From the NCBI GenBank assembly GCA_964506655.1, contig CAZDMG010000003.1, positions 9,582-73,581 of the forward strand: a stretch of 64,000 nt of DNA, in the 5' to 3' direction. Position 1 is the stretch's first letter. Each line of letters starts with the position of its first letter. This DNA comes from an uncultured Gemmatimonadaceae bacterium. Lineage in GTDB: Bacteria; Gemmatimonadota; Gemmatimonadetes; Gemmatimonadales; Gemmatimonadaceae. Below the pieces are notes generated by a model. That model was not told the origin of the DNA. It did not search any database and saw only the letters and a list, made by a program, of their open reading frames with translations. A program made the position numbers and the translations under genes. Of the stretch, positions 21,643-31,167 are shown in pieces.

Positions 21643-22602
21643 CTATTGTGGCGTGGTGTTGTGTCGGAAGGTAGCGTCGTAGATTTTGCGCGCCAGTTTA
21701 ACGTCCTCCCATGTTGGTCGTTTCCAGTTCTCGTTGCGGAGGAGAGCTGCCGGGTGGTAGGTAGCGACGAGCGGTATTCCGTGGTAGAGGTGAACTTTCC
21801 CGCGGAGTTTACCGAGCGACAGATCGCTGTTGAGGAGTGTGGTTGCGGCGAAGCTACCGAGCGCGAGGATAACGCGTGGTTGTATGATAGCGAGTTGTTG
21901 CGCGAGGTAAGGAGCGCAAGCGGCGACCTCTTCCGGCAACGGATTGCGGTTCCCGGGCGGCCGATGCTTAAGGACGTTACAAATGAATACGTCCTCACGT
22001 TTGAAATCGATTGCTGCGAGGATTTTGGTGAGGAGTTGTCCGGCCGGGCCAGTGAACGGGCGACCTTGTTCATCTTCTGCCTGGCCTGGTGCTTCGCCTA
22101 CGCAAACGAATCCTGATTCAGTGTTCCCTTCACCGGGGACAGGGTTGAGAGCGGTAGCGTGGAGTGAGCAGCGTGTGCAGGAAGCGACGGAATTTGCGAT
22201 TGTGTGGAGTGAGTCGAGCGCGGTGATTTCCGGGACGTTGGATGCGTTGGCGGTGGTGAGTGGTTGATTACCGACAACGGTGCCAGTGTCGACTCCGAGT
22301 TCAGTGATCCACGCAGGGAATTTGTTGGCTGGAGTGGAGTGTGCGGATAGCGGCGGCGCAGTCAGGTGTTCGCGCCAGTCTGTAGCGGCGTCCGGGGTGA
22401 GTTCAGCCACGCGTGTACCAAGCGGCTGGTGTTCGGGTACCTGGTTTTCGGGTGGCGCATCTGGCGTGCTACGGCGTGTGCTGCCGGTTGCGCCTACGAG
22501 TTTCATGACTTCGTCGACTGAGAGCGAGTCCAGCACGAACTGAGTTTCACCCATTTCGCGACGCTGTTCCAGGTATAACCGGAGGCGTTCTTTAGCGTTC
22601 AT
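21643..22602 (-). CDS. uracil-DNA glycosylase family 4 with long N-terminal extension
   Basis: CTRC, VGEAPG, NVLKHRPPGNR, TYHPAALLRN. Confidence 0.92.
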   Translation of the reverse strand: MNAKERLRLYLEQRREMGETQFVLDSLSVDEVMKLVGATGSTRRSTPDAPPENQVPEHQPLGTRVAELTPDAATDWREHLTAPPLSAHSTPANKFPAWITELGVDTGTVVGNQPLTTANASNVPEITALDSLHTIANSVASCTRCSLHATALNPVPGEGNTESGFVCVGEAPGQAEDEQGRPFTGPAGQLLTKILAAIDFKREDVFICNVLKHRPPGNRNPLPEEVAACAPYLAQQLAIIQPRVILALGSFAATTLLNSDLSLGKLRGKVHLYHGIPLVATYHPAALLRNENWKRPTWEDVKLARKIYDATFRHNTTPQ

Positions 22603-23803
22603 TGAGCATCGCTTCCACGCGGTCGAGTATTGCTTCAGCGACTTCGTGTTTGGACATGAGCGGGAGTGCTTCCGGTTCTTTGTTGTGCCTGATGATTGTT
22701 ACCCGATTGGTTGGCACGGTAAAGCCTGCGCCACTTTCGGTGGCATCGTTGGCAACGATCATATCCAACGCTTTATCGCGCAGCTTCCGCTCCGCTTCAG
22801 TAACCATGTTACCTGTCTCGAGTGAGAAGCCCACGACGAGCGAACCGGGTTTCCTCAGTTCTGTTGTGCTTCTGAGGATATCAGCCGTGAGTGCCAGTTC
22901 AATAGACCTGGGCGCGTTGCTCTTTTTGATCTTGGCGTCTGCCGCATGTGCAGCAGTAAAATCAGACGGTGCCGCGGCCATTATAACCACATCGGCATCT
23001 GCAATATGCGTCGCGACCGCATCATGCATCTGGGCAGTGCTTTCAGTATCGACGACCTTAACCAGCGGTGATACCGGCACCTCCAGCGGGCCCGCAATCA
23101 ACAGCACTTCCGCGTGTCGGCGCGCTGCAGCGGCTGCAATTTCGACACCCATGCGTCCGCTTGAACGGTTGGAGATAAACCGTACCGGGTCGATCGCTTC
23201 GCGCGTCGGCCCTGCGGTAACAATAACGCGGAGGTTACTGAGTGCACTCGCCGGCTCAAGCATACGCGCCACATGTTCTACAATTGTTTCAGGCTCTGGC
23301 ATTCTGCCGGGCCCACTGCCCTCTCCAACTGCGAGCGGTCCGTTATCCGGTTCAAGCACAGAGTAACCGATGGCTCGTGCAGCGTCGCAGTTACGCTGGA
23401 CCTGTGGGTGCGACCACATGTAGTCATTCATCGCAGGTACAAGCAATACGGGCGCACGCGTCGCGAGGAGCACTGCGCTCAACAGGTCATCTGCGTGGCC
23501 GCCTGCAATGCGCGCCAGGAAGTCGGCAGTGGTGGGAGCCACCAGTACCAGATCAGCTTCGCGCGCGAGTCTTATATGGTCCAGTGCGTCACCGTCTCCG
23601 GCTGCAATTACACCGGTATATGCCTTCCGTCCGGTCAGCGCTTCAAAGGTTACCGTACCGATAAACTCTGTTGCAGCACGCGTCAGTACGGTGTCCACCT
23701 TTGCACCCTGCTGTGTGAGCAGCCTAGCCAGCCATGCTGCCTTATACGCTGCAATACCGGCGGTAACGCCGAGCAGGATTCGTTTGCCGTCAAATGGCCG
23801 CAC
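22592..23803 (-). CDS. coaBC: bifunctional PPC decarboxylase/PPC synthetase
   Basis: GIAAYK, PAMN, TAGPTREAIDPVRFISNRSSGRMG. Confidence 0.96.
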   Translation of the reverse strand: MRPFDGKRILLGVTAGIAAYKAAWLARLLTQQGAKVDTVLTRAATEFIGTVTFEALTGRKAYTGVIAAGDGDALDHIRLAREADLVLVAPTTADFLARIAGGHADDLLSAVLLATRAPVLLVPAMNDYMWSHPQVQRNCDAARAIGYSVLEPDNGPLAVGEGSGPGRMPEPETIVEHVARMLEPASALSNLRVIVTAGPTREAIDPVRFISNRSSGRMGVEIAAAAARRHAEVLLIAGPLEVPVSPLVKVVDTESTAQMHDAVATHIADADVVIMAAAPSDFTAAHAADAKIKKSNAPRSIELALTADILRSTTELRKPGSLVVGFSLETGNMVTEAERKLRDKALDMIVANDATESGAGFTVPTNRVTIIRHNKEPEALPLMSKHEVAEAILDRVEAMLNER

Positions 23804-23921
23804 AGAATGGAACCGGAGAGAGGACGTTCATTTTACACTGGTACTGACGTGTCAGCTAATCTTCGACAAAGAAGGTGAAGTTCAACGGTGCCTGCGGGTA
23901 AGGTGACTGCCGGAGGCACAG

Positions 23922-23954
23922 ACGCCGCGCCGCGAACGGGTCGCAGCGCGGCGT
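23922..23954. other. GC-rich hairpin downstream of rpoZ
   Basis: ACGCCGCGC.GCGA-ACGGG-TCGC.GCGCGGCGT inverted repeat. Confidence 0.5.
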
Positions 23955-23984
23955 TGGAATCGCAGAAATCCGGTCGCGCCGCGC

Positions 23985-24191
23985 TCAGACAGCGCGATTA
24001 CGCGGAACCACGCGATATTCGATTTCACCCGCGGCCAGCTCTTCGAGGGCGCGCGTTGTCAGCTTCTTCTCATTAAGGCTGCGGTCACGCGGGAACTCGT
24101 TCAGTACACGTGCAAACTTTGCAGCGATGAGTACGCTGAGATACTTATTGGCTGAGTGCTGGACGACCTCTGCCGGTGTAAAAACCTGCAT
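23985..24191 (-). CDS. rpoZ: RNA polymerase omega subunit
   Basis: NKY...AAKFAR...KLTTRALEELAAG; in the gmk-rpoZ-coaBC context. Confidence 0.88.
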   Translation of the reverse strand: MQVFTPAEVVQHSANKYLSVLIAAKFARVLNEFPRDRSLNEKKLTTRALEELAAGEIEYRVVPRNRAV

Positions 24192-24854
24192 CTACCTCTC
24201 CTTGCTGAAAAGCCTGATTTCCCTTTCGAGCTGCGATATCAGCCCGCTGACCTGCAAATTTATCCGTTCATCACGATGAGTTCTGAGTGACTCCACATCG
24301 ATAATTGAACTTACTTCTCCGACTGCCTTATCGAGCAGATCGTTGACCACAGCGTAGTCGTACCTACGCGCTTCGAGTAATTCTGACAGAGCGTTGTGCA
24401 ACCTGAGCAGCAACCGCTCATCGCTTTCACTGCCGCGTGCCGCCAGGCGCGCCTTGAGTATATCCGCCGAGGGCGGCAGAACGAAGACGCGCACGGACTC
24501 AGGGAACGCTTCGGCGAACTGTCGCGCGCCCTGGACATCAATGTCCATGAGCACATGTTTGCCACTATTGAGTACCCGCGAGACCTCGGAACGAAGCGTG
24601 CCGTACAGGTTTCCGTGTACCTCTGCCCATTCGGCGAACTTACCTGAAGCTATCGCCCCCTCAAATGCTGTCCGGCTGAGGAAGTGATAATCGTGTCCAT
24701 CGCGCTCGCCGTCCCTTGGCTGCCGCGTAGTGCAGCTAACAGAATAACCCACATCGGAGCGTAGCTCCAGAAGCCGGCGCGCAATCGTTGTCTTTCCACC
24801 GCCCGACGGAGCGGACAAAATGACCGGAAAATGACTCACAGAACCCTCACTCAA
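24192..24854 (-). CDS. gmk: guanylate kinase
   Basis: SAPSGGGKTT, SCTTRQPR, YGT, DIDVQGA. Confidence 0.96.
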   Translation of the reverse strand: MSEGSVSHFPVILSAPSGGGKTTIARRLLELRSDVGYSVSCTTRQPRDGERDGHDYHFLSRTAFEGAIASGKFAEWAEVHGNLYGTLRSEVSRVLNSGKHVLMDIDVQGARQFAEAFPESVRVFVLPPSADILKARLAARGSESDERLLLRLHNALSELLEARRYDYAVVNDLLDKAVGEVSSIIDVESLRTHRDERINLQVSGLISQLEREIRLFSKER

Positions 24855-25833
24855 GGTTTTCTACCTGCTCCCGGATCCGCTCCAGCTCCTCCTTCATCCC
24901 TACAACTTCGTGCAGGATATCGGGATCCGCAGCCTTGCTCCCCATAGTGTTCGTCTCCCTCAGCATCTCCTGCAGCAGGAACCCGAGCCGCTTACCAGCG
25001 CCCTCCGAGGCCGCGCCAGCTTTGCCACTTCCAGCGCCAGCGCCCTCCGAGGCCGCGCCGGCGCCCTTCCCCTTCCCCGGTACAGGCGCGCCGGCACCAC
25101 CCTGCACACCGGGCTCTGCCCCCGAAAGCGCTGTCCGGAACGCCACCAAGTGCGACCTGAACCGGTCTGACTCCTCTGCGATATCCAGACGGTCGGCCAT
25201 CAGTGCTACCTCCTGCGCCAGACGTGTCTCGTCGATGGTCAGGCCGTCGGCCAGCTCGCGGACGGCACTCCGGAGCCGGTCACGGTGCGCAACCAGTCGC
25301 TCCGGGGCGCGCGCTACGATTCGTGCGACCGCCTGCTCGACCAGCTCTAGCCGCTGCATCAGCACAGCCTGAAGGCGGGCACCTTCCGACTCTCTGGCGC
25401 GATTCAGCTCAGCGATCGCCCGGGCGACCAGCTCCAGTAGCTCCGGGGCAGCGGCCGCGGCTTCGGGTTCCTCCTCCTGTGCAGCCGACAGCACGTCGGG
25501 CATGCGGAGCACCGTTGCCATATCAATGTCGCCGGCCACCGAATACTTCTGCTGCAGCATGCGGAGCTCGCTGAGGGCGGCCGCGAATCGTTCGTGATTG
25601 ATCGTGGCCCTGCTCTCACCACTTCGCTCAAGCCGGACCGTAAGCGAGACATGACCGCGGACCACCGAAGCGCGCAGCAGTTCACGTATCTCAGTCTCGG
25701 AACGTGAAAACAGCGAAGGCACTTTGATTGTCGAAGTAAAGAACCTGTGATTCACACTTCGCGCTTCAACGGTAGCGACCTGTGCCCCGATGTTCCCTTC
25801 ACTGTGGCCAAAGCCAGTCATCGATCGGATCAT
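24847..25833 (-). CDS. yicC: YicC/YloC family endoribonuclease with Gly/Ala-rich insertion
   Basis: MIRSMTGFG, RSVNHRF, GKRLGFLLQEMLRETNTMGSK, IREQVENLE; start moved to ATG 25833. Confidence 0.93.
   Translation of the reverse strand: MIRSMTGFGHSEGNIGAQVATVEARSVNHRFFTSTIKVPSLFSRSETEIRELLRASVVRGHVSLTVRLERSGESRATINHERFAAALSELRMLQQKYSVAGDIDMATVLRMPDVLSAAQEEEPEAAAAAPELLELVARAIAELNRARESEGARLQAVLMQRLELVEQAVARIVARAPERLVAHRDRLRSAVRELADGLTIDETRLAQEVALMADRLDIAEESDRFRSHLVAFRTALSGAEPGVQGGAGAPVPGKGKGAGAASEGAGAGSGKAGAASEGAGKRLGFLLQEMLRETNTMGSKAADPDILHEVVGMKEELERIREQVENLE
24995..25059. repeat. 23-bp direct repeat x2 (period 42) within the yicC insertion
   Basis: CCAGCGCCCTCCGAGGCCGCGCC at 24995-25017 and 25037-25059. 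Confidence 0.9.
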
Positions 25834-25848
25834 GCTGCGTCGTTCAGA

Positions 25849-25878
25849 GTGCTGATGTTTGTGTGCTGATGTTTGTGT
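25849..25878. repeat. 14-bp tandem duplication, intergenic
   Basis: GTGCTGATGTTTGT x2 plus GT. Confidence 0.9.
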
Positions 25879-25890
25879 ATAGTGCAATAA

Positions 25891-27912
25891 TCAGTTCCAG
25901 AACTCCCAACGGACACCGTACATCTGCACAGTCGGCGGCATTACTATCCCGGGGATCTGGGTGTATGCCGCACCAGTCAGGTTTCTGAACTGATAAAATA
26001 GTGTGGCCTGCTGAATCCTTATCTCCAGCATGGCATTGAGCAATTGCTTGCTCTCAGTGGATCTGACGATCGACTCACCGGCTTCGTCTGTGCCGTAATA
26101 AAATGGCACTGCCGAACGCATCTCGTGCCGCAGTCTGGCATCGACAGAGAACTCCCCACGTGGGAACCGGGAGAGCCAATTGGTGGCAAGTCGGAGTTCC
26201 GTGTAAAACCTGGTCTTGGGTCTTCCAAATGCAGTGCGGTTGAACATCACACCCTGCATATCCACACTGACTGCCTTATAGACCGGGCCTCTGAGGCTGA
26301 ACAGTGCACCTATCGTAGCCGGAATTATGAGATCCGTCTGCGCCGCACCCAGCATAACCGGCGAAGCTGTAATCGACTCACCTGTCCGCATGATGCCGGC
26401 GCCGGCCCATCGGCCACGGAAACGCAACGCACCTTCCGCGAGCGTGCCACCCTCATTCACAAAAGCTGTTGAATCGTCCGGCCGCCTTACACTCTGCGAC
26501 ACCGTAAATACACTCCAGCTTGTCGGCCTGGCCCTCACAAACAGCTCACCCCGTTTCGTACTGTCGTATGAAGTCCGTTCGAGGTAAACACCAGCAGAAA
26601 GTGCACCGGTTTCCCAGTCTGCCCTCAGCACCGGTGAATGGCCCGACGCGCTGTCGGTGCTCCGGAAACGGTCAATAACCGACACACTGAGCGCGCCTCG
26701 ACTGAAGCCGCCACCAAGCACCGTCTGCGTGCCATTGAATACCGTATCAGGCGTAGTGCTTTCAGTTCCCGATGAACCCGACGTTTCAACACCACCAACG
26801 CGCGCACGTGAGTATCCCTGCATAGCCAGTAGCCATGGGCCGGCCGACTGATCACCCCACGCAGCCCGGACATACGCTTCACGCCTGCCACCATCGAATA
26901 CCGGGAGCGATTTATAACCTTCGAGTGCAGCCGTTATATCACGATGAAGTGACGTCGTAACTGCAAAGCCGTCGATACTCCACTTCTTGCGGGCCCAGCC
27001 AAGCCGCGCGCTATACACCTGCTGATCGCCGTCGCCGGTTGAACCGCCGGAACCCGCCTGCCCTCCGCTCCCCGTGCCGCTACCAACCGCCCGACCGCGT
27101 TGCGTTGACAGTTGATGACCGCCCAGCTGAAAGGCTGCATCATTCCCGAACCGACGCATGAATATCCCACGGAATGCGTTCGTATTCAGGTCGCCGGTAA
27201 GAATATCAACGCGTGAATAGGGAGTTGTTCTGTCCGGTGAAATCGTGCGACACCAGACGCGCACCTCAGATGCAGTGCGTTCAATCTCAATTGTTTCCAG
27301 CGTCCAGAGTGGAAGCATTACTTCATCGACCACTCCGTGTTCACGCGGCCCGGTGCCGTCCAGTTCGATACCATCCACAAAGATGCGCACCCGACTGAAG
27401 TCGCCCCGGTATGCCGTGGTATGAACACCGGTAAGCCATCCGGAGCGAAATCCCGTAACCCCTGGTACTCTTTCCAGAAGATCCGTCAGGTACAATGCAC
27501 CGGACGAGAGTATCTCATGCCGGTCGAATCGCAATCGCGATGATGTTTCGTAGTCCGGTGGCGATGCAAACTTTGCAAGCGGCGCCTTGATTGAATCGGC
27601 TGTACGGAATGCACGGATACTGTCGCGTATATATCGTTCGCGCGCGAGCCGGGCGGAATCAGCCTGAAGCAGTGCACGCCTCGCTGAATCCTGCTGCACC
27701 AGTATGGCCAGCGAATCCGCCTGCAGCTTCTTAAGCAGCGAGTCCTGTTGAAGCAGCTTCGCCAGCGAATCCGCCTGCAGCTTCTTAAGCAGCGAGTCCT
27801 GCTTTATCGAATCGGGCGGCGGTGGTGGCGGCGGTGGATTCTGCGCAAACGTCGTGCTGACACTCACTGCAAGTGCCAGCACGACGTAAAGAGGCAGTAG
27901 CCGGTACTTCAT
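25891..27912 (-). CDS. outer-membrane beta-barrel protein with TonB-receptor-like plug region and repetitive N-terminal stalk
   Basis: Signal peptide MKYRLL...TFA-Q; poly-Pro; plug-like ILSSGA...LTDLLERVPGV...RIFVDG; C-terminal YGVRWEFWN beta-signal. Confidence 0.65.
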   Translation of the reverse strand: MKYRLLPLYVVLALAVSVSTTFAQNPPPPPPPPDSIKQDSLLKKLQADSLAKLLQQDSLLKKLQADSLAILVQQDSARRALLQADSARLARERYIRDSIRAFRTADSIKAPLAKFASPPDYETSSRLRFDRHEILSSGALYLTDLLERVPGVTGFRSGWLTGVHTTAYRGDFSRVRIFVDGIELDGTGPREHGVVDEVMLPLWTLETIEIERTASEVRVWCRTISPDRTTPYSRVDILTGDLNTNAFRGIFMRRFGNDAAFQLGGHQLSTQRGRAVGSGTGSGGQAGSGGSTGDGDQQVYSARLGWARKKWSIDGFAVTTSLHRDITAALEGYKSLPVFDGGRREAYVRAAWGDQSAGPWLLAMQGYSRARVGGVETSGSSGTESTTPDTVFNGTQTVLGGGFSRGALSVSVIDRFRSTDSASGHSPVLRADWETGALSAGVYLERTSYDSTKRGELFVRARPTSWSVFTVSQSVRRPDDSTAFVNEGGTLAEGALRFRGRWAGAGIMRTGESITASPVMLGAAQTDLIIPATIGALFSLRGPVYKAVSVDMQGVMFNRTAFGRPKTRFYTELRLATNWLSRFPRGEFSVDARLRHEMRSAVPFYYGTDEAGESIVRSTESKQLLNAMLEIRIQQATLFYQFRNLTGAAYTQIPGIVMPPTVQMYGVRWEFWN
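27707..27801. repeat. 41-bp exact direct repeat x2 (period 54 bp = 18 aa)
   Basis: GCCAGCGAATCCGCCTGCAGCTTCTTAAGCAGCGAGTCCTG at 27707-27747 and 27761-27801. Confidence 0.95.
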
Positions 27913-27937
27913 TCTCCGGCCTGTGTGCGCGCGCAAA

Positions 27938-29455
27938 TCAATTCGAGCGTGCGCGTGCCCTGACAAACTCGACGAATGTCCCCACTGGAGTACCCGTCGG
28001 CCCCTTTGGAAGCCAGCCGAGGTCCGTCTGCGAGTACGCAGTACCCGCTACGTCCAGGTGGACCCACGGATAGTCGGCGACAAACTCCCTGAGGAACATG
28101 GCAGCTGTAACCGAACCAGCCGGCCTGCCACCCGTATTCCTGATATCCGCAACATCCGAGTTGATCTGCTCGCGGTACTCTTCCCAGAGCGGAAGCGGCC
28201 AACCAGGTTCGCCCGCACGCGTACCTGCTGCAAGAACTTCATCCACCAGTGCACGTTCCCCACCAAACACACCAACTGCACGATGCCCAAGGGTGATAAC
28301 AATAGCGCCTGTCAGTGTAGCAGCATCAATCACGATTGCCGGGTTGAATGTACCGGCATGCACAAGCAGATCAGCCAGCACCAGACGTCCTTCGGCGTCG
28401 GTATTGATGATCTCAATGGTCTTGCCATTGGACGCGCGTACCACGTCGCCAGGCTTGACCGCTGTACCGGAAGGCATGTTGGTAGTAGACCCTATAATGC
28501 CCACCACATTGATCGGAAGTTTCATTCTGCCGATCGCTTCCATGGCACCCATCACACCACCGGCGCCCGACATATCGAACTTCATCCACTCCATATCCGG
28601 AGCAGGCTTGATCGAAATGCCACCCGTATCGAAGCAGAGTCCTTTGCCAACAAGCACAACCGGCTTCTGACCGGCAGCCCCTCCCTGATATTCAAGCGTG
28701 ACAAGCCTCGGCTCCTGCGGTGTTCCCTGTGCAACACAGAGGAACGAACCCATGCCGCGCGACTCCATTTCTGCCCGACCGAAGACGGTGAGCTTCATGC
28801 CGTGCCGCTCTGCGATTTCCTTACCGACTTCAGCGAAAGTGTCAGGTGTGCAAACATTGCCAGGCATCATGCCAAGCCGTCGCGCAACTGCCTGCCCCTG
28901 TGCAACAGCGACACCATCTGCAACAGCTTTACGTGCTGCGTCGCTGTCCGGTACAATCACACCGACACGCTTAAGCGGCGCGCGCTGCACATCCTTGTCC
29001 GTCTCTGCTTTGAGGTCTGCGTATTCCCAGCTTCCAAGTGCGGCGCCTGATGTCAGTCCTTCCATCTCTTCGGTTGTAGCCGACGGCAGAAAGACATTCA
29101 GCGAACCTGTGCCCAGCTTGACTGCAAACCTCGCAGCTACCGCGGCCGCGCGACGCGCAGACGCAAAGGGTGACGCACCGCGCTCACCACGTCCAACCAG
29201 AAGAACACGCTGAACGCCGCTGTCTTCACCGACCAGCAGCAGAGTTTCGTCGCGCCTGCCACGGAAATCGCGGCGCGCGAGTGACCTCGACAGCGTACCA
29301 CCGACAGCGCTGTCAATTCCGGACAGTGCGTCACCGACTGCGAGTTCCTTATCGAGTTCCTTATCCAGAATAACGGCAAGCAGCGGCGTCGCAGTTGACC
29401 CCGCCGGAGAATGCTGAGCACCGATATCGGTACTCAGCAGAAATTGTGATGACAT
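27938..29455 (-). CDS. pepA: leucyl aminopeptidase (M17)
   Basis: VGKGLCFDTGGISIK, MKFDMSG, NTDAEGRL. Confidence 0.95.
   Translation of the reverse strand: MSSQFLLSTDIGAQHSPAGSTATPLLAVILDKELDKELAVGDALSGIDSAVGGTLSRSLARRDFRGRRDETLLLVGEDSGVQRVLLVGRGERGASPFASARRAAAVAARFAVKLGTGSLNVFLPSATTEEMEGLTSGAALGSWEYADLKAETDKDVQRAPLKRVGVIVPDSDAARKAVADGVAVAQGQAVARRLGMMPGNVCTPDTFAEVGKEIAERHGMKLTVFGRAEMESRGMGSFLCVAQGTPQEPRLVTLEYQGGAAGQKPVVLVGKGLCFDTGGISIKPAPDMEWMKFDMSGAGGVMGAMEAIGRMKLPINVVGIIGSTTNMPSGTAVKPGDVVRASNGKTIEIINTDAEGRLVLADLLVHAGTFNPAIVIDAATLTGAIVITLGHRAVGVFGGERALVDEVLAAGTRAGEPGWPLPLWEEYREQINSDVADIRNTGGRPAGSVTAAMFLREFVADYPWVHLDVAGTAYSQTDLGWLPKGPTGTPVGTFVEFVRARARSN
29341..29365. repeat. 12-bp in-frame tandem duplication in pepA (DKEL-DKEL)
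   Basis: CGAGTTCCTTAT x2. Confidence 0.9.
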
Positions 29456-29463
29456 GATTCCGC

Positions 29464-30711
29464 TCAGCTATCCATTCCGCGGATGATCTCATCCGCGAAG
29501 GCAGAGGTTGAAACTTCAGTAGAGCCTTCCATCTGACGCGCCAGGTCGTAAGTGACCTTTTTGCCTGCGATGGCGTTTTCGATACCGCGCACGATGAGCT
29601 GACCGGCTTCCTTCCACTCCAGGTAGTCGAACATCATCACACCCGAAAGGATCAGCGAGCAGGGGTTCACCTTGTCGAGTCCTGCGTATTTGGGTGCGGT
29701 TCCGTGCGTGGCTTCATACACCGCAACTCCGTCGCCGACATTGCCGCCAGGCGCCATGCCGAGTCCGCCGACCTGCGCCGCTGCCGCATCGGAGATGTAG
29801 TCGCCGTTCAGGTTGGGTGTGGCGATCACGCTGTATTCAGATGGGCGAAGCAGCAGCATCTGGAAGAGTGCATCGGCGATACGGTCGTTGATTACCACGC
29901 TGTCCAGCCTGGCGCTTTCAGGTGCAGCTGATCTTTCTTCCTCGGTAATGACATTCGGACCGAACTTTTCGCGCGCCACTTCGTAACCCCAGTCGCGGAA
30001 AGCGCCTTCAGTGAACTTCTGGATGTTCCCTTTGTGCACCAGCGTGACGGTGGAACGTCCGTTCTGAAGTGCGTAGCGCACGGCCATTTCAATGAGCCGC
30101 TTGGAACCGAACTCCGACATGGGTTTGATACCGATCGCGGAATGTTCGCGGATACGGGCACCGAACTCCGTGGTCAGGAAGTTGCGGAGTTTATCGGCCT
30201 CCGGTGAGCCGGCTTTGTATTCGATTCCTGCGTAAACGTCTTCGGTATTCTCGCGGAAGATCACGACGTTGAGCTTCTCCGGGTTCTTTACCGGAGCACC
30301 GACGCCCTGGAAGTAGCGCACGGGCCTGATGCAGGCATACAAGTCCAGCTCCTGACGGAGTGCCACGTTGAGTGACCGGATTCCGCCACCGACCGGCGTC
30401 GTAAGCGGCCCCTTGATGGAGACGCGAAACTCACGGCAGGCTTCGAGCGTTTCAGCTGGCAGCCATTCGCCCGTCTGATTGAACGCTTTTTCACCGGCGA
30501 GGACTTCCATCCAGGCGACCTTGCGCTTGCCGCCATAACTTTTGGCGACTGCTGCATCGAAGACGCGTACCGAGGCGCGCCAGATATCGGGGCCGGTACC
30601 GTCTCCTTCGATGAAAGGAATGACAGGATTGTCGGGTACCTTGAGGACGCCATCTGCGTACTCGATGCGCTGACCATCAGCAGGAACCTTCGCGTGCTTA
30701 TAAACGCTCAT
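29464..30711 (-). CDS. icd: isocitrate dehydrogenase (NADP, E. coli type)
   Basis: [49 protein letters not shown]; start moved to ATG 30711. Confidence 0.97.
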   Translation of the reverse strand: MSVYKHAKVPADGQRIEYADGVLKVPDNPVIPFIEGDGTGPDIWRASVRVFDAAVAKSYGGKRKVAWMEVLAGEKAFNQTGEWLPAETLEACREFRVSIKGPLTTPVGGGIRSLNVALRQELDLYACIRPVRYFQGVGAPVKNPEKLNVVIFRENTEDVYAGIEYKAGSPEADKLRNFLTTEFGARIREHSAIGIKPMSEFGSKRLIEMAVRYALQNGRSTVTLVHKGNIQKFTEGAFRDWGYEVAREKFGPNVITEEERSAAPESARLDSVVINDRIADALFQMLLLRPSEYSVIATPNLNGDYISDAAAAQVGGLGMAPGGNVGDGVAVYEATHGTAPKYAGLDKVNPCSLILSGVMMFDYLEWKEAGQLIVRGIENAIAGKKVTYDLARQMEGSTEVSTSAFADEIIRGMDS

Positions 30712-30795
30712 GACTGGAAACCCCGGTTTAAGAAGGAGCGGGCAGAGGGATACACCTTGCCCACGGGGTATCCGGCCCGGAAAAAGAACGACCAG

Positions 30796-30867
30796 CTGGG
30801 GCGGGTGGAGTCGAACCACCAACCACTCGATTAACAGTCGAGCGCTCTGCCATTGAGCTACACCCCA
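30796..30867 (-). tRNA. tRNA-Asn(GTT), CCA not encoded
   Basis: TGGGGTGTAGCTCAATGGCAGAGCGCTCGACTGTTAATCGAGTGGTTGGTGGTTCGACTCCACCCGCCCCAG folds as a cloverleaf. Confidence 0.96.
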
Positions 30868-30970
30868 TTATCAGGCCACTTTTGGGCAAGCCGAAGTATC
30901 TCCTGAAGCGCTTCGGTACTCAACCCCGGAACCAGTGCCCGCCAGTGTGCTCCTGAAAGGCTATCGTTTA

Positions 30971-31003
30971 CTGCAGGTTATGCTGCAGGTTGTGCTGCAA
31001 GTG
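30971..31003. repeat. 12-bp degenerate tandem repeat at the 3' end of tRNA-Leu
   Basis: CTGCAGGTTATG / CTGCAGGTTGTG / CTGCAAGTG. Confidence 0.8.
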
Positions 31004-31085
31004 CCCAGACTCGGGATCGAACCGAGATGCCCTCGCGGGCGCGGGATTTTGAGTCCCGTGCGTCTGCCAGTTCCGCCATCTGGGC
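31002..31085 (-). tRNA. tRNA-Leu(CAA), long variable arm, CCA not encoded
   Basis: GCCCAGATGGCGGAACTGGCAGACGCACGGGACTCAAAATCCCGCGCCCGCGAGGGCATCTCGGTTCGATCCCGAGTCTGGGCA. Confidence 0.96.
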
Positions 31086-31098
31086 TGAAAGGCATTGC

Positions 31099-31107
31099 AC
31101 ATTATCA
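31099..31107 (-). promoter_or_regulatory. extended -10 promoter element for the tRNA pair
   Basis: TGA-TAATGT, 13 nt upstream of tRNA-Leu. Confidence 0.5.
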
Positions 31108-31167
31108 CGAGCGGGGCGCTCGCGCTACGGGGAAATGCAACTTGAGGCGTCGAGCAACGGCCACTGG

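Noticed and set aside
30796-31085. tRNA integration site of a prophage or genomic island
   Set aside because: No duplicated tRNA 3' end was seen elsewhere in the window, no integrase, and the flanks are ordinary chromosomal genes.
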